Below are positions 27,915 to 42,464 of a DNA stretch of 64,000 nt, one piece after another. A program made the translations under genes and the position numbers. The notes beneath the pieces are model-generated. The model had not been told where the DNA came from. It searched no databases and was given only the letters and a program-made list of their open reading frames with translations. Source of the DNA: Octopus sinensis (lineage: Eukaryota); contig NC_042998.1 of the NCBI RefSeq assembly GCF_006345805.1, positions 12,958,001 through 13,022,000 of the forward strand, written 5' to 3'. Each line of letters starts with the position of its first letter. The stretch's first letter is position 1.

Positions 27915-28033
27915 TACAATGTACATTTAAACACATTAAGAGGTTTCCATCATAGAAATCATTTACGGTGTTCTTTCTAGCGTAAAGGATTCCTATGATG
28001 GAAACCTCTTAATGGGTTTAAATGTACACTGTA
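27915..28033. mobile_element. 119-bp hairpin/MITE-like element with TA ends
   Basis: 53-nt inverted arms (27915-27967, 27981-28033) with 4 mismatches and a 13-nt spacer. Confidence 0.65.
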
Positions 28034-28735
28034 TTATATACACGAGCTCACTGGTTAATCGTGACACCAGCGCGTGTTCATGCACTGTTTTTAATATATA
28101 TCGCCGGAGAAGTGGGGAGATGATTCGCTGCTATCTCTAGCAGACACGTCCCATTATGAAAAGACCAAGAAAGGTCGAAATCGCTTGATTTGGTTCTCTA
28201 GGCGCTGGAGGTAGCGGGGATTACGTTATTTTTAAGAGGAAAACTTTAAAGTATCTGTTGTATATAAAAGATTTCCACTAGAACTTCAGTGTTAATAACC
28301 ACATTTATTTTATTTCCCCTTTATTGTATTTGTTTAATGGCATATATCATCCGATAGATAATTTATGACTTTTGAAATCGAAAATCGACTAGTTACTCTG
28401 ATATTACAGATAGGGGTTAAATGTAAAGACACAAAATTACAGATGGGGTGTGTTAGATGTAACGATTCAAAATTATGAAAATATTAAAATACATCAAAAC
28501 ATTTTTCTGTTAATGATAAATGACATCTGTGTAATTCAGAGATATAGAATAGGATGCAACATAATATATATTCTTTAAATACACGTTCAGATCTAATGCA
28601 TGTTTACCAACATTTTTTTTTTTGGGGGGGGGGGCATCTAATATTCAAGGATATTTTGAGATTTGTCTATACTACTATTCACTAAATTTGCCTTCTTATC
28701 GTGAATCCATTTAAAAATAAAATCTAAGATTCCAG

Positions 28736-28864
28736 AAAAATAGGCTATATTTATATAAACCTGGATTCTTTTTGCTGTATCTCGTCGCTATTACTCAGAT
28801 TCTTAAGCCTGGATACTTTTTGCTGTATCTCGTCGCTATTACTCAGATTCTTACTTATAACAAG
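28736..28864 (+). CDS. Candidate exon containing an in-frame 48-bp duplication (KNRLYLYKPGFFLLYLVAITQILKPGYFLLYLVAITQILTYNK)
   Basis: Strong donor AAG|gtatgt; 129-nt open phase 0-0 frame; weak acceptor gattccag. Confidence 0.3.
28760..28853 (+). repeat. 46-bp direct repeat x2, period 48
   Basis: cctggat(t/a)ctttttgctgtatctcgtcgctattactcagattctta at 28760 and 28808. Confidence 0.95.
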
Positions 28865-29258
28865 GTATGTAAGCAAACTAGAATTTTTATAACATCATGC
28901 ATGCATTTTAATCGTGACTAACGACGCAGAAGTGACATAAAAATCGTACTTTCAAAGATACCAAGATATTTATAATTATATAATTTGCATTGTACAAGTT
29001 CTTCCAGATGTTTCCATTATATTGCATACGTAGTGGTATCAAAAGTTTCCAGACCAGTTTGTAACGTTCCAATAGATGACAGCACACTGTTGCGTGTGCA
29101 GTGAGAGATAACAGTGGCTTTCATGAGGCAGTGTGTCGAGTGACATCGCTGTGTTTACTTTGCAAGTTGTGAAATTTGTGTTGTTGTTATCACGTGTATG
29201 ATCTAATCTAGTACTAATATATACAGACAAGTATTTCTTCACTAGACACAAACCTTTC

Positions 29259-29392
29259 AAGGCGGAGAGCTGGCAGAAACATTAGCGGTATTTCGTCATT
29301 CTGAGTTCAAATTCCGCCGAGGTCGACTGTACTTTTAATCCTTTTGGGGTCGATAAATTAAGTACCAGTTGCGCTAAAATAAGTACCAGCTG
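29259..29392 (+). mobile_element. SINE family B, partial
   Basis: aaggcggagagctggcagaa...ttctgagttcaaattccgccgaggtcgac...ggggtcgataaattaagtaccagt. Confidence 0.8.
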
Positions 29393-31661
29393 GATTTAGC
29401 CTTTTGACTCTCACCATGATGGGGTATCACCTTCAAAAATTCAATTAATCATACTGACCTCAGTACATATATCAATCCAACATTTATTTTATAGATCTTT
29501 GCTTGATGAACCGGTAACTTTGAGGCTTAGTGGGGCGCAATACTCGATTTAGCAATAAACGAAAATATACACACACACATATATTATGTTCAAGAAGGAC
29601 TGTGTCGTTGAGAAGATTGCTTTCTGACCATATGGTCCTGCGTTTCGTTCATCTTGGTACCTTGAGAAGGTGTTTTCTACTAACTCATATTCCAACAATG
29701 ACAAAATAGAAACAAATACACAAGAGAAGATTTATGAGTAAAATTTTCAGAAAAGATATCATAGTGAAGGTTGAAATATATCAGGGAAATGTTCTGCTTG
29801 ATCAAGGATTAGCCGAAGTATCGACTTCAAAATATATTTATCATGCTTTCAACCAAAGAAGTATTGAAATACAGTGACAATTTCCCTAAAATCTCCTTTA
29901 AGTTAATCCATCAAATTACCCTCAAATTTTTGAAAGATTGGCTCATTGTTATTAAGTAGTTTTATTCGTAGCTTTGTCTCCATATCAAATAGTGATTTCG
30001 TAGTTTTGTCTCTTTATGAAATAGTGAATAAATCCCTCACACACAGAAAGAAGGAATGAGCACGACGGGATAGCATTAGACGATATATCCAAAAGATTGC
30101 AGAAGATATGGTTCTAAATAAGTCATGAACAACACTATATATTTTTTCATTAATAATTTAGTATTTACAATGTATATAGACGAAGCAATATTATTCATTG
30201 CCTCTTGGGAGCTGTTTGTATTTAGATAAATAACGCAAACATAAATTCGCAATTATGTTTAACCATTGGCAATTGTTGGGAGATGACATAAAATTACACT
30301 TGCGCGCATATACGTTTAGTTTTCCCAAAACAATTTACTTGTAGAAGGAACATTATTCTCGTTTTACAATGTAAAATTATTCATGCTTTTTTTCTTATTT
30401 CCTATTGAGATATGGACAATACATTTCATTATAATTAGGTGTATGAATTTTCTCAGAGGATTTAGTTACGCAGTACAATAATTTGGAGATATTTGTATTG
30501 ACTTACCAGACATTGAATATTCAGTACAGCAGTCTATCCATTAGACATTGCATTTGATTTCTCAGAAGACACAAGAAATTGTTTACCATATAGTAATTTC
30601 CCGTTTTTTAATGAATACCAAGAAACTTTTGTTCACCTTCACGTATTTTTTTTCTGATTCTTTTCTATTTTCTTTCTCTAATAAATTTTGAACGAAGCTA
30701 AATTTTCATTGATATGAAATAAGTTTTGTAAAGAAACAATTAGTCTCTTTGTAAAGTAATGAATATATATTGAAAATATACTAGAGACGCATTTATCTCT
30801 GAGTGCTTACAACCCGATGCGTTTTTAAATTTAATGCTGTACTTAAAAATCCCATAGGACTATAAATTGTCAAGTATCAATCTGATCTTTATAGAAAAAC
30901 ATGATATTATATACTGATCCACATATGTACTCACGGAGACGTATATATGTGCGTACATTATTTTCATACACACACAAACACATATACGCATACATATTAG
31001 CAATTTTCAAAAAGAAGTATTTATATACACTATAATTCTTAGAATAATAATGCTATCACTAATGGAAACAATAATATACATTCAGATAAATGTACAGTTA
31101 TATATTTTCTATTGAGGTAAAAGTGTATTGCAGTGCATATGTAGAAAGATGTGCCCCAATTCTCATGTGTGAGCGTGTGTGTATCTGCTATGATATATCA
31201 TCAGATCTATAAGGCTGTATAATGATGATTGAAAAGTAATAAATAGATATTGAAAATAACAATATTTTGTAATCTCTAGATATTAATAACCGGGTGTTAG
31301 ACAGATACGGAATAATTCATTTAAGACAGGTTTAATCCCACACCCAAATATCTAATGGTTGTGAACACGTAGACATGCAAACGTTTGTCTATTTTGAGAT
31401 GCTTACAAACCGGTGCGCAGATATATATGTATGCATGTATGTATGTATATATGTCTGCATGTATGTATGCATCTGTAAATTTATCGATTTATCTCTGTAT
31501 GTGTATATAGGAGATACGTGAGATGGTGAGTCGCTGAAGTGATCACAGGATGTGTGACGTGAGATTTAGGCAAAGAACACTAAATAAGAAAAAATTCAAA
31601 GTTGAATTGAAAATTAAGTATATAAAGCGTGTAGTCAATTAGCAAAGAACATGACCTCCCC

Positions 31662-31746
<85 letters not shown>
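31662..31746. repeat. (TA)n microsatellite
   Basis: Direct inspection. Confidence 0.95.
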
Positions 31747-31747
<1 letters not shown>

Positions 31748-32064
31748 TTTGAAAAGTGTAATGCAAAGCGCGAAACTTTAAAAGTAATTCTACACCCTCT
31801 TCCAATAGCGAACGTGATTTGACAATAGCCATCAGTTCTTCGGAGAGGTTTCTGTGCAGAATTTTTGACAATTCTGGTTCATTTGGAAGGCTTAATTAGT
31901 TGTATCTCTTAATGAATCCAGTCATCATGCAATTGAAAGTATCTTCGATATAATGTAGAGTCGTGAATGAGACGTTTAGTAGAGATTAGATTAGGTTTAT
32001 TAAGGATAATACCCTTAAGATAGGAAAATAGTTATAACGGGAAACGTTGCCAGAATCTTTTGCG

Positions 32065-32230
32065 CAACACTATATCATATACCAGGTTACGTATCTAGGA
32101 TACTTGGTGAACACCGAGGAGAGAATTGCGATCTCGCATCCCGCCGGAGTTATAATGAGACTGCACATTTGTGCAGGCTTTCACAGGACTTTGCGGAAAC
32201 TTGTTGGGCGCCAAATATTTACCGGGGGAG
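32065..32230 (+). pseudogene. Possible LTR-retrotransposon (Gypsy-like) RT remnant
   Basis: QVTYLGYLVN...RTLRKLVG resembles the RT YLG motif and the downstream LRxFLG motif; weak match. Confidence 0.3.
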
Positions 32231-32431
32231 GAAAATCCAATTCTCAGACAAAATTTCTGCCAGGCCAGGATTCCGAAGCTGATCAGCCAAGAAGGAAACC
32301 GATCACCGATAACGGAACTTGTGAGAAATACATGCGCCCCAATGTTGAGACAAGGTGGGGAAGGCATTATATAATATGCTAAGGCCCACACTTTTATTGT
32401 CATATGAATCCGTATCTTGTTACTTCGAGCT

Positions 32432-32543
32432 AGACTATAGGGTTTTCAACCTGCAACACAGACTATAGGGTTTTCAACCTGCAACACAGACTATAGGGTT
32501 TTCAACCTGCAACATAGACTATAGGGTTTTCAACATGCAATAT
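32432..32543 (+). repeat. 28-bp minisatellite x4
   Basis: agactatagggttttcaacctgcaacac at 32432, 32460, 32488, 32516; no spacers. Confidence 0.95.
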
Positions 32544-33599
32544 ATGAATTTTTAACTAAACGGAAAACTCTTATACAGCAGATAATAGCGGCTACTGAAC
32601 GGGAAAGTATCCTTTAGTCGCCATGAACTCACTACCGTCGAGGTCGGCTTCGGTCAAACCCCATAAACGGACACATTCAATAATCATCCACTAGGTGATG
32701 CCCGGATCAATGAAGCCCGTGACAGTTGGAAGAGGCACAAGTGGCTCATTGGGAACACCATAGCTAATTGGGGAAAGGTTCTCATAAAGCACGAGTTTAC
32801 CAAAAAAGCTGGATTCCAAAAGAAATCGAAATGGGATTTTCTAACATCTAAGTAGTGCTCTACCATTGAAATAAAAATGAAAAATTCATTGAAAATTCTA
32901 TAGTACAGAGAAAAATAGCTCCAGCGCTGGAGATTCTATGTTCACACAGCGTTGCAAACGACGGAGATCAATATACAGTTGATCAGTGACACTATAACAG
33001 TGATTGATGACACTTTCTATTTCTAAATGGGGTCTAACAACATTTTAGAGACAAAGCTACGAATAAAATTACTTGTTTTGATGCTTCAATGTTATTACAG
33101 TAGAAACAAAAATTATTGCATGGATCTAAGTATCTAAGAAGTGGAACGTACAACTTTCTATAGGTCAGACTGCTTCATGGACCAGCAGCAAAAGAAAAAA
33201 AGTGGAAAATTTTTCTTTCCATTTTGAAGATGTATTCTCATGAGGTATGATATACAGGTGGCTATTTTAATCTATTACTGCCTATATGTCTATAACATAT
33301 ATATATATGAATGTGTGTGTGTGTACCTGTATGTTATGTGAGTGCGCGTATGCTTCCGTGTGTGTGAGTGTGTATTTATATACACTCATACGCAAACACT
33401 CACACACTCACACACATAGCATACATATAAGCAGACCACACATACATACACTTAGAAATAAATATAGGAATAATTGCAACGTTGTTGTATGTTAATAAAA
33501 AAAGCAAAAAATAAGCAAAAAGTGCCAGGAAATAGAAATTTAAGTGAAGTAACTTGGATATGCCTCAGGAAATATTTGAACAGATGCATAGATTGCATA

Positions 33600-33666
<67 letters not shown>

Positions 33667-34752
33667 CAAACACACACACATACATATACATATATATATA
33701 TATATATAATATATATATACATACGTACATACATCCACATACACATACACACAGAGGCGGAAGAGAGATCAAGATATGTGAATATGGGATTGATTATTTA
33801 CACGCAGCTTTTATATATTTGTATAGAGGTATTTGTTTGCTTTAGCGCGAATATATTTTGCACGCACCACAAAAGAACTTTTTGTAAAATATGGTCTTAT
33901 ATATATATTGTTATTGTATGAAATACACGTCAGCAAAATTAGTTTAACAATATCCCCCAATCTCACAAAACAGTAATATTTCAAACTTTGAGTTTTAAAA
34001 GCATTGCAACAATACTTCATTTTCTATGTATCGTACAACACATTCTAAAAGTCCTACATAAGAAATGAACGAAATCTAATTCAATTTTCTGTTTCTGATT
34101 TTTATCAAATTATATGTAATTTTTTTGTCATTTCAAAAAATAATACTAGTTTTATTCAATTTTCCAGCTTTCCCTTCTCAGCCTTTAAAGCGATAATATT
34201 TTGATTATAGTATTATTGTTAATCTTTTCATATATTTTCCTCCGTCTACTTTTTTTATTTTTATTTTTTCATAAAAAATACATCTGTTTGTGATTGATTC
34301 TTTTTTGTGTATATAAACGCCATCGCTGCAACATATAATCGCTATAATATTTGCAGCTGAGTTGGAAGTATAAAACCCAATTTCGGTTAGTGAAATATAA
34401 AGCAAAAAAAAAGGCGAGTGAACTAGTTGAGAAAACAAAATGGGCTCACTGTATCAGCAACTATTGTCATAAAACTAAGTTGCAATGATCTACTGGAAGT
34501 TTGTTCGACTTCCACTATGTATGAGTATATTAGTTTAAAACAGATGTACTTAGCATTGTAGTCGCTGAAGAAAGAACAAAAACTAAAAAGTGCTGCCGTC
34601 ATTGGAAGGTAATTTTGTAAATGAATTTATACGTATTCTGAATGCGCGTGGACTACCTCTTAGAATGCTGCACTCACATACAAACACACAGGCATGCACG
34701 CACATACACTCACACACTCACACAAACGAGCACACAAATGTGAGAGATGTAA

Positions 34753-35137
34753 TCTCTATATATAAAGCTGAAGTTGTCTCTGTATGGCAGGTTTGATAGC
34801 CTTCAACTAACACTATCTCCTCCGAGACCCTACGGCGCAAGTTGACCAAAATTGAGAGTATGATAGAAGAAGGCTTGTTCTTTCTTCCGAGGAAGAAATT
34901 CAAATCGGACCATGTTAACACCAGAATTTATTTACATCCTAAAGATGCTTTTCTATGAAAATCCCTATTTTTTTCGATTTTTTTACTGCTGTGTCGACAT
35001 TTTTCGGTGTATTTCAACCAGAAAAATGTTCACTTAAAGAGAATAACAAGCTACATAATGCAAATTTTTACTTTTCAAAAATTACAATTCTAAAGGGTCG
35101 AAACAAATCCGAGCAACGCAGTAAGCGATACTGCTAG
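34753..35137 (+). mobile_element. Non-autonomous Helitron
   Basis: A|TC start tctctatatataaagctgaagttgt; end ccgagcaacgcagtaagcgatactgCTAG|T. Confidence 0.8.
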
Positions 35138-36329
35138 TATGTGTTAAAATGTATATTTTTACCCGATGCAAAATATCTGTGATATTATTTCCTTGGTATT
35201 CTTGCACAATACCATTTACAGTTTAAAGAGCGAGTACTCAAGTACACGACTACTACTGCTGTAGTTACAGCTTTAAGTAGATTTTCATAATAGGCTGCTG
35301 TCTATACATACGTCGTCTAACTTCCATACTGCGTAGAGTTAAGATGCTAGTTATGAGACACAGCAAATGTAGGAAAAATTATGAATTATGCTTCTTTTGA
35401 GCCCTACGAGAGATGTTACAAATGTATATAGAAGCTCAACTACACCAGAAACTCAGGATACAATAACGTGTTCCCTGAGGTTCCGTTATGATTTATCATC
35501 TGTGTTCTTTTGGAAAACCGGACGCAGTGCTCGAAACAAGCGTAATTGGGAAACACGTGTAGGAATCTTAATATAAACTTGTTTATAATCGTCTTTACCT
35601 ATGCTTTTTATAAAAAAAAAACTGATAGTCTCCTAACCATAAATTTGACAGCCTTATCGTGAGCATTATCAGATCAGGATGAAACAAGCTCATACACGCA
35701 CACACACACACACATGCACACATATACATATATATAAATACATGTATATATATATATATATATACATATGTTTGTGTGTGTGAAAGAAGGAGACATAATA
35801 TAGAAGATACGAGCATATTTATTGTTTCGACCCATCGAGCTTCTATGCCTGACGGGTGGGACACTTAACAACTGGTTTAGGCTTATCTGTCGGTGTAGAT
35901 GTATCTTTTCAGGTGATCACGAGATGTATCGTGTCAAAGTAACGTCTGTCCCGCACCTTTTTCTGCTCAGATTATGTGAGCAAACGCAGCAAATTAAGGG
36001 ATACAACTTCATTATTATAGAAGATCGATAACAATCAGATTAAAAAAAAAACAAATACACAATAGACGAAATCTAACCATTAGCAGATATGGATTCATAA
36101 ACGCTCTCGCTTAGTTTTTATGGCGTACGTACACTTGCTTATAAAATCTTACGCAAAAATATAAGCATACACATACGTGTGGTTTGATGCACATACGGTC
36201 ACACGGGGATTTAGATTGTTGCTTTGCGTTTATAAGAATGGGGAGGTTACAGTTAACTCATTCAAGCAATAAGGTGAATTATGGTTATGAATTTGGTTTA
36301 CGTTTATTCAACTTCCTTTTCACTGCATT

Positions 36330-37480
36330 GTGTGAATGTGCATTTATAAGCACATTAGCATCTTGACAGTCTTTCAGAAATAGACAAGGATTCCTCGAAG
36401 GAGAATGTGTAACTCTTGGAAAAGATATTATACTATTGCGCGTGCCTTACTATGGACCACGTTATATCATATTTCATTTTATCCCCCGTACGTCACCACA
36501 CAAAATGAGCCAAATTTGGGAAATGGTCCTTTATGATCTTGAAAATGGAGACATTGTTGCGATAACGATACTTCAATGAATCAGCTGTTGCCGCAACGTA
36601 AACTTACGATCCTCCCATTGTGTGTACAGTGAGTTTATATACAAGACTGGTACTCATACAGATGTTCATCATTAAGCATTTTGTTTTTTTGTCTGCTTGA
36701 GCATTTGTTAGATTTATTTGTATATGTGGCAGTGCTGACTTCATTTTCCGACGTTGATACCCTATTGGCTATATTACTATTATTGCTACTATCACGACGT
36801 GGCCGCGGCAGCTACCCTTCACTTCGGTTGGTATCTCATTTCTTGACATTTCGATATTTATATTTGCTGTCTTTTCTATGAAGTAGTTCTTTGAAGTAGT
36901 TGCCCGTTGTAAGATATAGTTCCAGCAGACGGGTTATTTAACAGCTGGTGCATTTTGTTGTTATTAATGTAATACTTATGTTGTGCTAAATTAATAGATT
37001 TAGTGTGTGATAACTTCACTATTTCTCTATTAAAAATAGCATGGTATCCATTTGATTTTGGGAAGCAGTAGTCTAAACCGGCAAAAAATTCCATACCACT
37101 ATTCATTGGGACATGTGAAGCGTGGATATGGTTGTGCCAGAGGACATCATGATTCTCATCATTTTTTTGGCTACCTTATTCGTTCTGATGTGTTGTACAG
37201 GGTTGGGACAATTTATTGTTTTATGAGCAGTAGAATGTCTGTGTTGTGTCTGTCAATGAGTGTGTCTATGAGCTCGTAGTTTATTGCCTTGAAAAATTTG
37301 TTTTTACCTGTACTTTCGATCGGAGTCTGTTCGCTTATTGTAAAGTTCATTTGGTGTGTAATGTGTATCATCAGTGGAGGAAATGGCTGAGTTGCGTATA
37401 TGTGTCTCATGTATGTATTGAATTTTCTCTTGGTAATCAGTATTCTGGTACGGTGCATGTGAATGAAAGCATTTTTTTTT
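36330..37480 (-). mobile_element. Decayed Penelope-like element (RT thumb, linker, C-terminal GIY-YIG)
   Basis: DVLWHNHIHASHVPMNSGMEFFAGLDYCFPKSNGYHAIFNREIVKLS; KCSSRQK..C...NICMSTSLVYKLTV; VYVAATADSLKYRYRNN; KYDITWSIVRH; stops and frameshifts. Confidence 0.75.
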
Positions 37481-38279
37481 TTTTATCGATAACCGAGATA
37501 TAATTATTAAAATATTCTGGACTAATCCCCGTATTATTGAGAGTAGATTAAAGCAAATTTAAACATGAATGCCATTTAGAAATGTAAGTTTTTCTATACA
37601 ATGCGCATTAAAACCGAACTGGTAGGATGTTAAATATTCGGATACCATGTCTTGATTCACGTGTCTTTTCTCATTGTGTTCGGAAGTGAAATCACGCAGA
37701 TTTAAAATTATAAATTTATTGCGCTGTAGACAAATATAACAGGAACGAATTGCAGATCATAATTGGTTATTCCATTCTTTTATATTTCTTCCTCTTTCTC
37801 GTATTTTATCTCTCCTGCTCTCTATTTCTCTCTTATATTACACACTGGCAAATTTCAAAGTTTCAACTCTCACTGAGCCTATTTCTCATAAACAATGATA
37901 AAAGGATCAAATTTCTCCCATGGAGAAAATAAATCACATCCTAAGGTACACACCAAATGGAGTCCTGATTTGTAGTACAGCACGGAACGGCAATTCAATT
38001 TATGATACATGAACAGACTACAGCTTATAAGTTTTAATAAACACAAGACTCTACCAATATTCCTGCAACATATGTGGTACAAAGATAAACTTGATCTAGA
38101 ATAAAGCGTTAATTACCATCATATTTGCGAATTGAAGATACACAACCTTTTGAAGTCAATAAGCTGTGAAATAAAGAAATAAAAGCAATATTTATTATTC
38201 TTTTACAAGAATGTTGTTGACAGTTATTTAGAATTTTTGGCCAGCTGAGCCATCGTCGGATTTTATAGGAAGAAAAGTG

Positions 38280-38319
<40 letters not shown>

Positions 38320-41300
38320 AGCGAATATAGACTTCGAAGAAATTCTATAGGTATGAATGTTTAAAAATCACTTACTGTAAAAACATTAAACAAAGTGAGC
38401 GTAACATCATATACATATGATAAAAAAAATCAAAAACAGAATTTTTGAAATCCCTTGTATTTTCTATCAACAAAATTGTAATATGCGTTGAATTGTAGGA
38501 AGTTCTGAACTTTCTTCTGTAGCATCTACTCGTATGTAAAAATAAAATTTCCTTGATTCACACTGAAGAATGGCATAACAGTCATCTACTCCTATAACAA
38601 GTACCTTCATAACACTAAGCTATATTATGAAATGAGATTACGCTTTTCTCTTTAAAATTTGTCTGATACGTTATTCGCAACATTCAGAAGATACGATTAT
38701 CTTTGGAAGACTACTCTTTGGAAGATGCGACTACCAGTCATTGTTTTTAGCAGCATATTTTGCTAGTAGATTATAGCAATGAATCAAAGGAGCAAATTTG
38801 AGGACAGCTGGTTTTCAGCTTAGAACAAAAAATGGCAGGAAATGAATTCGGAAATGCATTTTGTTTGACAGTCTGCCGGTTCCTGTTTACCATCTAAAAT
38901 CGAACTCGCCTCTCAATAAACTACTTCTACTTAGTTTTTGAAGGAAAGTTTCTATAATTAGGGTTTTATACACAGAGTGCATAAATATTTTCGAATTTAT
39001 AACTACTCGTATCTGAAAAATTCCCTGATGGCATAACTGTTGTCTACTACTAGAACAGGTACCTTCATAACACTCAGCTATATTTTGAAATTAAATTACA
39101 CTTCTCTCTTTATAAGCTGTCTGATACGATATTCGCAACAATTAGATCTACTTTAAAATTTGTGTATTACATTAGTATTTGGCAGAAGCGCAATTTCAAA
39201 TAAAATCAGTATAAGTGCTTCTACATCATATAATTACAACTTCTGTTCAAATAATATGTGCATTTGATAGAAATACAAATACTGATAAACCGATATTTGT
39301 AATTATATTTTTATGATCATTAGATATATTTTGTAAAAAGAGTATTAAATATTGGCGTATTAAATATTGATATAATTGTGATCAATGTCGCCTTATCTGA
39401 CCACTAGAGAAATCAAAACATTACATAAATGATGTTTGTAACTGTAATTAATTAATACTACGTATGTGGAGCGAAATACGATGCCATGTCTCTGTATTCA
39501 GTCCATTTCTTTTTAATTCATCGTCCCAAAATAATAGAAAACTATTATGGAAGAAGCTATCACTATTTAGATTATCTATATGATCAATTCCATCTTATAT
39601 TATATAATGCATCGATTGTTCTAGGCAAAAGTTTTATTCCTCTGCCCGTGTGACATTTCTATCTTTTGTGTATTTGTGGAAGCACTCTTTCCGTTTTTCA
39701 GAAGCACAACGTGAATTGACCGGTTACTACTCTAAATTGTGTAGGAAATTAGATTTTATTTCCATTACATAATAAAGATATCAGATTTGTTGTTTACCGA
39801 ATAAAAAATAATGACATCTGTGAAACTTAACCTGGGAAATCTGGTAACGTATTAAATAAACTCACAAATAACCTTTATATGGTACTTGTCGAATCTGGTT
39901 TTAATTTCTCTTGACAAACAACAAAACATATTTCATGGATATTTTTCATTGGTATTTTAATTGGTCACTGAATTTAAGTAAAAAATTAACTAAAAATGTA
40001 TCATTAAGCGGAGTTCCAAATGGACTGCTGAGGTCTAAATCTACTCTTCCAAGGATTGCTTTCTGCTGTACTACGCATCAAAGTTTAGGAAGATTGACAC
40101 TTAACTTTTGACTAAGGTTGGTCACTTAGCCTTTGACCAACATTTTCAAATCCTCTGTTGCAATGGAAGTATTTCAAAAGCTTGTTGTCACTTTCATGTC
40201 TTCACATTGAACGCTTAATACAAATGGTATAAACTGCGAAACTAGCAATAGAATATTTAAAAGTAAGGAAAATGTAACTTATTTGCGCACATCGGAAACA
40301 TATAGAAAAATACGACACATTATATGTTTCTATGTGTGGGTGTGTGTGTATTTGTGTGTGTACTTGTTTGCTGCATATCTACGTATCCTCAGATAAGAAG
40401 TACAAGGAACATTCGAGTAAATAACGAATTCTTATTATAAAGTTCAGTTATACATTTCGAGTCTGCACATATTTTTGTTACCAAAGTTAGACAATATTTT
40501 GATTTCAAATACTTCAGATTCAAATGAACATACCTAATTAAAATCGAATTATAGGAACATTCACACATAATGATGCCTGTTGCAATAAACACTATGGAGA
40601 ATTAAATACAATACGAATATTAAAAATATCTCAGAAAAATAGTGTATAGCAAAACCCCAAAGATTAATAATCTCAATAAAGTGCCTGTGTGGTAATATAT
40701 GAAACATTAGTTATATTCATCAGCTGCGGCAATTTATTTGAGTGAATTGCAGCTGGAAAATAAATTGGTGTAGCGAAATGAAATACATTTTATATATCAT
40801 AAATTGCTTTGTATGAAATTATAATTCTAGATCTAATGTCTTATGTTTCAAAACAAAATGCCACTGGTTTTACATTGGTTTTATTTCATTCACCTACGAG
40901 GTAAATAAATGGCAGGTGTTTAATTCTGGCTTGCTTTTAGTAGATCGATTATTATATGAGGCGAGGATTTTCTATATATACGAGTATATATTAGCAAACG
41001 ATTGTATGTGATTTATTTGTATCTATGTATATATACTATGTGTAACGTGTTTCATTTTCCTTAGCTGTTTGAGGCTGGATTTTTTGGATGTCAATTTTCT
41101 TTAGGATATTTTGCATGAGAAATTCGATGTTTGCTTTTCATTTTTATTGGGGATCTGTTCACTAGACAAATATAAATATCTTTCAGTCTGCAGTCTGAGA
41201 GGATTGCAGTTGCATTCCTTAATGCCTGCCTGTAATGTGCAATTTTGTAGTATTTCGATATAGCTCAGGGGAACGTTTTCCAAGCTATTTATATTTGAGG

Positions 41301-42059
41301 GTGTAGAAAACAAAATAAACTGTAGAGTATCTAGTTCTAGAAATATAATGACAATAATAAGCAAGCCACAAAATTTCCCTAATAACATATCATAAAATAG
41401 CAGCAATAAAGCAGATGCAAAAGGCAAGTGCATGGTCTAACACAAGCGATATCACTTTCATGCAAATAAATATTGTACCAAGTTGGTGTAGCCTGTTCTG
41501 GACTAATTATCTTGTTGGTCTGAACATGAAGTCAGAAGTCAAACTTTCAAATTCAGTGACTCATACATTCTAAAACAATTATAGAACACAACACTCACAT
41601 TCTCGACAAATGAAATATATATATGTGTGTGTGTGTGTGTCTGTGTGTGTGTGTGTGTCTGTGTGTGTGTGCGTGCGTGCGTGAGTGTTCTTTTATTTAA
41701 ATGCCTGCATTTATTGTTTGTAAGGTGGGTATTGTCTGTACCACTAAAAATTCTAAAACAGTAAGTAATACAAATGTTACAGCCTGATGGAGATGGAACA
41801 TTTGATTTTCGTTTTCCAACCTCATTTTCCTCATTCCTATCCGTATTGGTCAGAAACATAATATATAACTTGAAACTTAAAAAAAAAATCTAAATTATTA
41901 TGTGCTTCTTCGTGAATCTTGTGTATATAAATTGAAACGGAATATTGGCAATATATATGTGTGTAAAACTATGAGTATGTATGGAGTTGGCATGTATGCG
42001 GCATGCGTGTGTATGCACGAGTATTTATTTGTGTACGTATACGGTGCATGTATACGCAT

Positions 42060-42124
42060 ATAGTATATATGCATATATATGTATATGAGTGCGTGTGTAT
42101 ACATACATATATATATATATATTA

Positions 42125-42170
<46 letters not shown>

Positions 42171-42176
42171 ATATAT

Positions 42177-42218
<42 letters not shown>

Positions 42219-42336
42219 TATATATATATATATATATTATATGTATATATATTATATATATACATATATTATATATATATATATTATATATATATATTAT
42301 ATATATATATATATATGCATGCAGTGTATGTATATA

Positions 42337-42367
<31 letters not shown>

Positions 42368-42377
42368 GCATGCAGTG

Positions 42378-42421
<44 letters not shown>

Positions 42422-42428
42422 TGCATTG

Positions 42429-42464
<36 letters not shown>

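Noticed and set aside
32432-32543. CRISPR-like 28-bp repeats
   Set aside because: Repeats are contiguous with no spacers, the context is eukaryotic and there are no cas genes
39930-40230. Protein-like - strand frame (VVQQKAILGRVDLDLSSPFGTP...)
   Set aside because: Several stops and no family recognised; could be chance
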